From: Candidatus Nomurabacteria bacterium GW2011_GWE1_32_28
GTDB lineage: Bacteria; Patescibacteriota; Minisyncoccia; Phycocordibacterales; UBA9973
DNA length: 64,000 nt
Direction: 5' to 3'
Assembly (NCBI GenBank): GCA_000989515.1
Contig: LBOM01000003.1
Coordinates: 15,411 to 79,410 of the forward strand
Position 1 is the first letter of the stretch. Every line of letters begins with the position of its first letter. Below, one piece after another: positions 58,474 through 64,000 of this stretch. The translations under genes and the position numbers were made by a program. The notes below the pieces were generated by a model. The model saw only the letters and a program-made list of their open reading frames with translations, had not been told where the DNA came from and searched no databases.

Positions 58474-59097
58474 TCAAATTGCAAGCCCTGTGATAAGTTG
58501 AAACAAATAAATCAATATTGGATATAAATAATCAACCAAGAAAACAATAAAAAACAAAATCAAAACAAGTGCATATTGCTCAAAAAAAGAGATAACTTTA
58601 TAAAAAGAACTCGGCAAAAGTGAGAAAAGTATTTTGGAACCATCAAGAGGTGGAATGGGTACAAGATTAAAAATAGCTAATCCTAGATTAATAAAAACTA
58701 TTGAGGAAAGTATAGAAATAAATTTAACAGACAAAATATCAACAAAAGAAAAATAAAAAGAAAAACGTAAAATAAGTCCAAAAAAAGTTGCTACCAAAAG
58801 ATTTGCTAAAACTCCAGCAGATGCGACAGCGACAGTTCCCCATTTTTTATTACTAAGATTCTCGGGATTATAAGGTACTGGTTTTGCCCAACCAAATAAA
58901 AATGGAGAATGTGTCAATACTAAAAACAAAGGTAGAATAATTGAACCAAATATATCTAAATGTTTTAAAGGATTTAATGTAAGACGACCTGCATATAATG
59001 CTGTTCTGTCGTCAAACCACAATGCAACAAAACCATGAGAAACTTCATGTATTACGACCGACATTATAAGTATGGCTATAAAAAAAATATTATCCAT
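58474..59097 (-). CDS. site-2 protease (M50) family
   Basis: HEVSH, NPLKHLD, FNLVPIPPLDG. Confidence 0.93.
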   Translation of the reverse strand: MDNIFFIAILIMSVVIHEVSHGFVALWFDDRTALYAGRLTLNPLKHLDIFGSIILPLFLVLTHSPFLFGWAKPVPYNPENLSNKKWGTVAVASAGVLANLLVATFFGLILRFSFYFSFVDILSVKFISILSSIVFINLGLAIFNLVPIPPLDGSKILFSLLPSSFYKVISFFEQYALVLILFFIVFLVDYLYPILIYLFQLITGLAI

Positions 59098-59171
59098 ATT
59101 GATTTTAATTAATCTTAAAAATTTAAACTTGATAAACTACTCAGTATATGATAGCATACAGAAACTACATT

Positions 59172-59420
59172 ATGAAAACATGTACAATATCAAAAAAGGG
59201 TTCAATAGTCGGTGGCGGGTATTCAAACAGAACTCGTGCTACTAAATTCAACCCAACTGGAAAGAAAAGAAAATATCCAAATCTTCAAAAGAAGAAAGTT
59301 TTTGTGCCTGAATTAAATAAAAGTATAAATATAGAAATCTCTACTCGTGGTATGCGCACAATGACCAAAAATGGCGTCTACAAAACTCTTCTAAAAGCCG
59401 GCCTCGTAAAAGCAAAATAA
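59172..59420 (+). CDS. rpmB: 50S ribosomal protein bL28
   Basis: K.C.ISKK, R.YPNLQKK, ISTRG.RT; start re-called at ATG 59172. Confidence 0.88.
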   Translation: MKTCTISKKGSIVGGGYSNRTRATKFNPTGKKRKYPNLQKKKVFVPELNKSINIEISTRGMRTMTKNGVYKTLLKAGLVKAK

Positions 59421-59430
59421 ATTTTAATCA

Positions 59431-59458
59431 AAAAAAATCCCCAACTGGGGATTTTTTT
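59431..59458. terminator. bidirectional intrinsic terminator
   Basis: aaaaaaatcccca-ac-tggggattttttt between convergent genes. Confidence 0.85.
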
Positions 59459-59461
59459 AAT

Positions 59462-60817
59462 TTACACAAACGTCAAGGCTATTCCCTTTTTGCCACTACG
59501 GCCAGTACGGCCGATGCGGTGCACATAAGTATCATACGTTTGGGGAATGTCATAATTTATAACATGAGTGACATCTGGGATATCGAGTCCACGAGCAGCC
59601 ACATCTGTCGCTATTAAAATGCTAATCTGATCCTTTTTAAATAATTCTAATGTGCGAATACGTTCACGACTTCTTTTATCGCCATGAATACAACCAACCT
59701 TAAATCCTAAATGTGAAAGCTCTTTTGTGAGAGTATCCACACTATGTTTCATTTCTCTAAAAATCAAAACTTTATTTGAACCATCTGTTTTTAAAATCTC
59801 ATGAAGTTTTTCTAATTTTTCTTCTTTGGATTTTGTGCGGACGACATCTTGATCAATATTTTTTGCTGTCTCACCTGAGATAACAGAAATAAAAACTGGA
59901 TCTTTTAAAAATTCTGTGGTTAGTTTTTTAACTTCAGGAGAAAGTGTAGCTGAAAAGAAAAGTGTTTGTCTGTTTTCCTTAGGAGCTTTAGCTAAAATAA
60001 AAACCATATCATCTCTGAATCCCATGTCGAGCATTCTGTCTGCTTCATCGAGAACAACAGAATGGCAAGTAGATAAATCTAAAACCTTTCTTTCAATAAG
60101 ATCTCGTAATCTTCCTGGTGTACCAACAACAAAAGATACTCCTCTTTTTATCTCCCCTATTTGTTTCATTATTGGAAGACCGCCAACACAAGATACAGAA
60201 AAAATTCCTAAACCAAAAGCAAGTTCACGAAAATCAGAATCTATTTGTAATGCAAGCTCTCTTGTCGGGGCCATAATCAAAACAGTTTCTCTTTTATTTT
60301 GACCTTTTGTTTTAAAAACTTTTTCAATTAAAGGAAGCAAAAAGGCCGCTGTCTTTCCTGTACCAGTATTCGCCATACCAAAAACATCAAACCCTTTTAT
60401 AACTGAAGGTATAGCTTGATCTTGAATTGGTCTTGGGTTGGTAAAACCCTTTCGAGCAATATTTTTTTGAACTTGATCATTAAAAGGAAAATCAACAAAA
60501 GTATGTTTGGAAACATATGGTTTCTCTTCTATGTATTGTCCTTTTTTAATAAAACGAGAAAAATCTATTCTTTCACCACCAAATCTTTTTTTACCTCCCC
60601 CATTTTTGCGGGAACGAGAATTATTACTAAATCTACCTCTTCCACTAGACAAGGTGGGTTTTCCACTACCAAATTTACGAACTGGTCTAACAGAGCTAGA
60701 ACTAAAACTTGGCTTAGTAGAATGACTAGAACTTGGTCTAGAAAATTTCGCCACTGGGCGAGCTTTATTGTGTACGGAAGCAGAAGCTCCACGCACAAAA
60801 CTGCGTTTGTTTATCAT
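59462..60817 (-). CDS. DEAD-box RNA helicase with basic disordered N-terminus
   Basis: TGTGKT, PTRELA, DEAD, SAT, ARGLD, HRIGRTGR. Confidence 0.96.
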   Translation of the reverse strand: MINKRSFVRGASASVHNKARPVAKFSRPSSSHSTKPSFSSSSVRPVRKFGSGKPTLSSGRGRFSNNSRSRKNGGGKKRFGGERIDFSRFIKKGQYIEEKPYVSKHTFVDFPFNDQVQKNIARKGFTNPRPIQDQAIPSVIKGFDVFGMANTGTGKTAAFLLPLIEKVFKTKGQNKRETVLIMAPTRELALQIDSDFRELAFGLGIFSVSCVGGLPIMKQIGEIKRGVSFVVGTPGRLRDLIERKVLDLSTCHSVVLDEADRMLDMGFRDDMVFILAKAPKENRQTLFFSATLSPEVKKLTTEFLKDPVFISVISGETAKNIDQDVVRTKSKEEKLEKLHEILKTDGSNKVLIFREMKHSVDTLTKELSHLGFKVGCIHGDKRSRERIRTLELFKKDQISILIATDVAARGLDIPDVTHVINYDIPQTYDTYVHRIGRTGRSGKKGIALTFV

Positions 60818-60957
60818 ATATTTCTTTTTGTGTCATGGACATCAATCACGCGACACTAAAAGTCATAGATGATTTCCACAATCGTCAGTTCTCGTTATAT
60901 TAAGCTTGCCTGCCTTTGGCAGGAGTTGAGAATGATGTATAAAGAGTAGCATTTCTA

Positions 60958-61470
60958 CTATATTTTGTCAAATTGTCTACCTATTATATTGCCTGGGTCT
61001 TTTTTATTAAAAAGTATTTCACTATTTTCAAGCAAATAAACATCTTTAATTCCAGCTTTTATCATTGCTTCCCAACAATCTTTACAACACCACCAATGTC
61101 CCCACATATACAAATCAGTTTCTTTAATATCAAAACCGTGATCTTTAGCATCTTTAATAGCCTTACCTTCACCATGGTTCTTAGGATGGCATCCTTCGCA
61201 AAGCTCATATCCTTCACCAGTAGGAATTTTTTGTTTTACTCTCTCACATTCGTGTGTATCATGATATGTACTACCATTAGCTCCACGACCAACCACAACA
61301 CCATCTTTAACAATCAAGCTAGTATTGGGCATTTCTCTGTCTAAAGAGTTTAAGCGTGCATATTCTTTAGCTTCCATCATAAAAATATTAGTTTCAGGAA
61401 CATACAAAATAGAACGTCCTTCTGGAATATATGGTATTTCATATTTTAATTTTTTAGGTAAACTTTCCAT
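60958..61470 (-). CDS. cytidine/deoxycytidylate deaminase family (dCMP deaminase-like)
   Basis: HGE and CCKDC zinc motifs; GEGYELC; divergent from thyA-folA. Confidence 0.8.
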   Translation of the reverse strand: MESLPKKLKYEIPYIPEGRSILYVPETNIFMMEAKEYARLNSLDREMPNTSLIVKDGVVVGRGANGSTYHDTHECERVKQKIPTGEGYELCEGCHPKNHGEGKAIKDAKDHGFDIKETDLYMWGHWWCCKDCWEAMIKAGIKDVYLLENSEILFNKKDPGNIIGRQFDKI

Positions 61471-61499
61471 ATAGTTTCAATTCTTATATAATACACTAC

Positions 61500-62333
61500 A
61501 TGACTACTTTTGACACAATCTATCAAAACATTATTAAAAAAATAATGGAAGAAGGTATCGAAGAATTAAATGAACGCACAGGGCATAAAACTAAATCATT
61601 GCCTGGTATAACCTTTCAAATAGATTTAGAAAAAGAAGGCTTTCCAATACTTACATTAAGGAAAAATCCAATTAAGTCACCAATCGCTGAACAAGTATGG
61701 TTTATACAAGGAGAAAAAAATACTGATTTTTTAAGAAAATATACAAAAATGTGGGATGAATTTTTAGAAAAAGATGGCACACTCACCTCAGCTTATGGAT
61801 ATCGTTGGAGACATTATTTTGGAAGAGATCAACTTGGAAAATTAATAGAATTATTACAAAAAGATCCTAGCTCTCGTCACGGAGTCGTCATAACATGGGA
61901 TCCTAAAGATGATGGATATGGAGGTACACCAAAAAAGAATGTCCCATGTCCTTACACTTTTACAGTAAATATAATAGGAGGTAGATTAAATTTACATAAT
62001 ATTATTAGATCAAATGATATGATGCTCGGTTGCCCTTTTGATGTATTTGGGTTTAGTCTATTAATGTATATTTTAGCCCAAAAACTAAATGTACGTCCTG
62101 GAATGTATACGCACACTATTTCAAATGCACATATATATGACACACACTATGAAGGAGCAAAAGAATTAATAAGTAGAACAAACACACATGAAAATATTTT
62201 CCCAAAATTACCAGAAGATATTTTTGATAGAGCAGAAAAAAAAGATGAACAATTAGTCGATGAAATTTATCAATCATTTTCACCATATTTCAAGCCAAAT
62301 GAACCCATAGCTGGTCTTGATATAATTAAATAA
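61500..62333 (+). CDS. thyA: thymidylate synthase
   Basis: AYGYRWR, VPCP, RSND..LG.PFD, NAHIY. Confidence 0.95.
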   Translation: MTTFDTIYQNIIKKIMEEGIEELNERTGHKTKSLPGITFQIDLEKEGFPILTLRKNPIKSPIAEQVWFIQGEKNTDFLRKYTKMWDEFLEKDGTLTSAYGYRWRHYFGRDQLGKLIELLQKDPSSRHGVVITWDPKDDGYGGTPKKNVPCPYTFTVNIIGGRLNLHNIIRSNDMMLGCPFDVFGFSLLMYILAQKLNVRPGMYTHTISNAHIYDTHYEGAKELISRTNTHENIFPKLPEDIFDRAEKKDEQLVDEIYQSFSPYFKPNEPIAGLDIIK

Positions 62334-62341
62334 TAAATAAT

Positions 62342-62839
62342 ATGATTTCAATCATTGCAGCAATTGGTAAAAATAATGAAATAGGAAAGAAGAATGAACT
62401 TCTTTGGAATTTACCAGGAGATATGAAGCATTTCAAAGAAACAACAGCCGGACATACTGTTATAATGGGACAAAAGACTTTTGAAAGTATCGGACGTCCA
62501 CTTCCAAATAGAAGAAATATTGTTTTAACATTAGATAAAAATTTTAAAACAACTGGAGTAGAAATTGTTTACTCTCTTAAAGAACTTGATGAATTATTAA
62601 AAAAGACCTCTACATCAAAAGAAGAAAATTTTGTTATTGGTGGAGGACAGATATATAAATTATTTATAGATAAAGCAGACAAGCTCTACATCACCCATGT
62701 AGATGCATCTTTCCCTGATGCTGACACCTTTTTTCCAGAAATTATTCCAATATTATTCTTAGAAAATTCAAGAGAAGAACATAAAAAAGATAAAAAAAAT
62801 GCATATGATTATGCGTTTGTAACTTACGATAGATTTTAA
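62342..62839 (+). CDS. folA: dihydrofolate reductase
   Basis: MG.KTFESIGRPLPNRRN, IGGG. Confidence 0.97.
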   Translation: MISIIAAIGKNNEIGKKNELLWNLPGDMKHFKETTAGHTVIMGQKTFESIGRPLPNRRNIVLTLDKNFKTTGVEIVYSLKELDELLKKTSTSKEENFVIGGGQIYKLFIDKADKLYITHVDASFPDADTFFPEIIPILFLENSREEHKKDKKNAYDYAFVTYDRF

Positions 62840-62848
62840 AACCTAAAA

Positions 62849-63175
62849 TTAAGGATCTAGATCAGTTCTGACTCTTATAAAAAAATCTGTTCCATCAGGA
62901 GCTTTTTCTTTTTTATAAACTCTATTTTTATTTATTTCTACTTTTCTAACTATTTCTCCCTCTAAATCAAAACCCATCCTTTCACACATACCAAGTAAAA
63001 ATATAGCAACATCAGCTAATTCTTCAGCAACGCCATCTTGATTTTTGTTATATTTAGAAAAAGCTTCTGATAGTTCTTCATGTGCTCTACAAAACTCATA
63101 GGCTGTTTCTGTACAAAAACCTTTTTCTAATTTATTTCTATATATTTCTTTTTGTAATTCTTTTAAATCAACCAT
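62849..63175 (-). CDS. MazG-like nucleotide pyrophosphohydrolase
   Basis: EELSEA ... EELADV. Confidence 0.85.
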   Translation of the reverse strand: MVDLKELQKEIYRNKLEKGFCTETAYEFCRAHEELSEAFSKYNKNQDGVAEELADVAIFLLGMCERMGFDLEGEIVRKVEINKNRVYKKEKAPDGTDFFIRVRTDLDP

Positions 63176-63232
63176 AATATAAATATACTACCCAAGCATC
63201 AAAAACGCAAAAAGGTAGTTCTTATATAAGAA

Positions 63233-63721
63233 CTACCTCAGAATTTTTAATTCATCTAAAATTTCCTGGTACCAACCCATTGGAAAATTTAAAACTGGAA
63301 TATTTAACTCTAAAAGAATTTCACTTTCTCTTCCAGCACCGATGGAAGGTTTGTTTCGAGGAATTGAAAATATTATCTCCAATAATTTTGATTCAAAGAT
63401 TTGTCTGTATGTAACATCTATCACTGACATACAATAATCATTATTATTTTTATTCCAATCTTCTATTAATGGAGTCAATCCAATACTTAAAGGAATAAAA
63501 TTAAAAATATTAAAACCAAATTCTTCTAATTTATAAATAGACTTCTCTATAATTTTTATATTATTCGCTAGTCCATGGCCTCCTGTTGTAAAAGGAGCCG
63601 TAAGTCCAAAAACTGGTTTAGGTATTGTTTTTATAACAGAAATAGCAATATCTGCTGTTTCTTCGAAACTTTTTACATTTTTAATTTCTCTTAAATAATC
63701 TTTAGTCCAATATGTTTCCAT
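63233..63721 (-). CDS. hypothetical protein
   Basis: 162-aa ORF; P.TTGG ... S.GA..E pattern resembles nucleoside deoxyribosyltransferase-like folds. Confidence 0.6.
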   Translation of the reverse strand: METYWTKDYLREIKNVKSFEETADIAISVIKTIPKPVFGLTAPFTTGGHGLANNIKIIEKSIYKLEEFGFNIFNFIPLSIGLTPLIEDWNKNNNDYCMSVIDVTYRQIFESKLLEIIFSIPRNKPSIGAGRESEILLELNIPVLNFPMGWYQEILDELKILR

Positions 63722-63785
63722 AATTATCTCCTTTTTTGTTTACAAATATCTCCCCCAGATAGACTACAAGTAAACAAAAATAAAG

Positions 63786-63818
63786 TAAAGCACCCCGATT
63801 TTTAATCGGGGTGCTTTA
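63786..63818 (-). terminator. terminator after rplK
   Basis: taaagcaccccgatt-ttt-aatcggggtgcttta. Confidence 0.8.
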
Positions 63819-63833
63819 TAATTTAATTTATCT

Positions 63834-64000
63834 TTAATTTTCAACTTCTATACCCATAGATCTAGCAGATCCGGCAACTATATTTATTGCTCCTTCATCA
63901 TTTTTAGCATTCAAGTCTGACATCTTTTTATTTGCTATCTCTAAAGCTTGAGCTCTCGTTATTTTTCCTACTTTAGTAGTAGCATTTTTACCTGAACCTT
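63834..64000 (-). CDS. rplK: 50S ribosomal protein uL11, C-terminal part (runs off the window)
   Basis: [32 protein letters not shown]...[13 protein letters not shown]. Confidence 0.95.
   Translation of the reverse strand, partial: GSGKNATTKVGKITRAQALEIANKKMSDLNAKNDEGAINIVAGSARSMGIEVEN

Noticed and set aside
60958-61470. Deaminase as TadA acting on tRNA-Ser(ACU)
   Set aside because: The extra Cys-containing segment and the position beside thyA-folA fit a dCMP deaminase better; the TadA PCxMC context is absent.

Overview
This is a strongly AT-rich chromosomal window using the standard bacterial code (TGA serves as stop, e.g. pilT). It looks like a Patescibacteria/CPR genome, probably Parcubacteria: uL30 is missing from the spc operon, uL1 does not follow uL11, and the window has archaeal-type pyrH, cmk and PGI/PMI, tRNA-Ile(UAU), many leaderless genes and a full type IV pilus/competence locus. 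In order it contains a metal/redox cluster, ligA, the T4P cluster with comF, dsbA/dedA/pgi, four tRNAs, recG, ftsH-ssrA-smpB, infC-rpmI-rplT, a probable 6S RNA, nucleotide kinases, the str-S10-spc ribosomal superoperon and thymidylate genes. Five signals stand out. (1) A small GIY-YIG nuclease gene lies between an intact tRNA-Ile(UAU) and a duplicated tRNA 5' end that is split by a 30-nt double hairpin; the same hairpin unit recurs elsewhere. (2) Palindromic elements appear inserted in frame into recG, ligA, the phosphohexomutase, comF and a minor pilin, with free intergenic relatives. (3) A degenerate AATTACG heptamer array fills about 18 spacers of the ribosomal and pilus operons. (4) A tRNA-Ser has a rare ACU anticodon. 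(5) A CarS-like gene with altered motifs sits behind an orphan pilin. All calls come from reading the sequence by eye; no searches were run.
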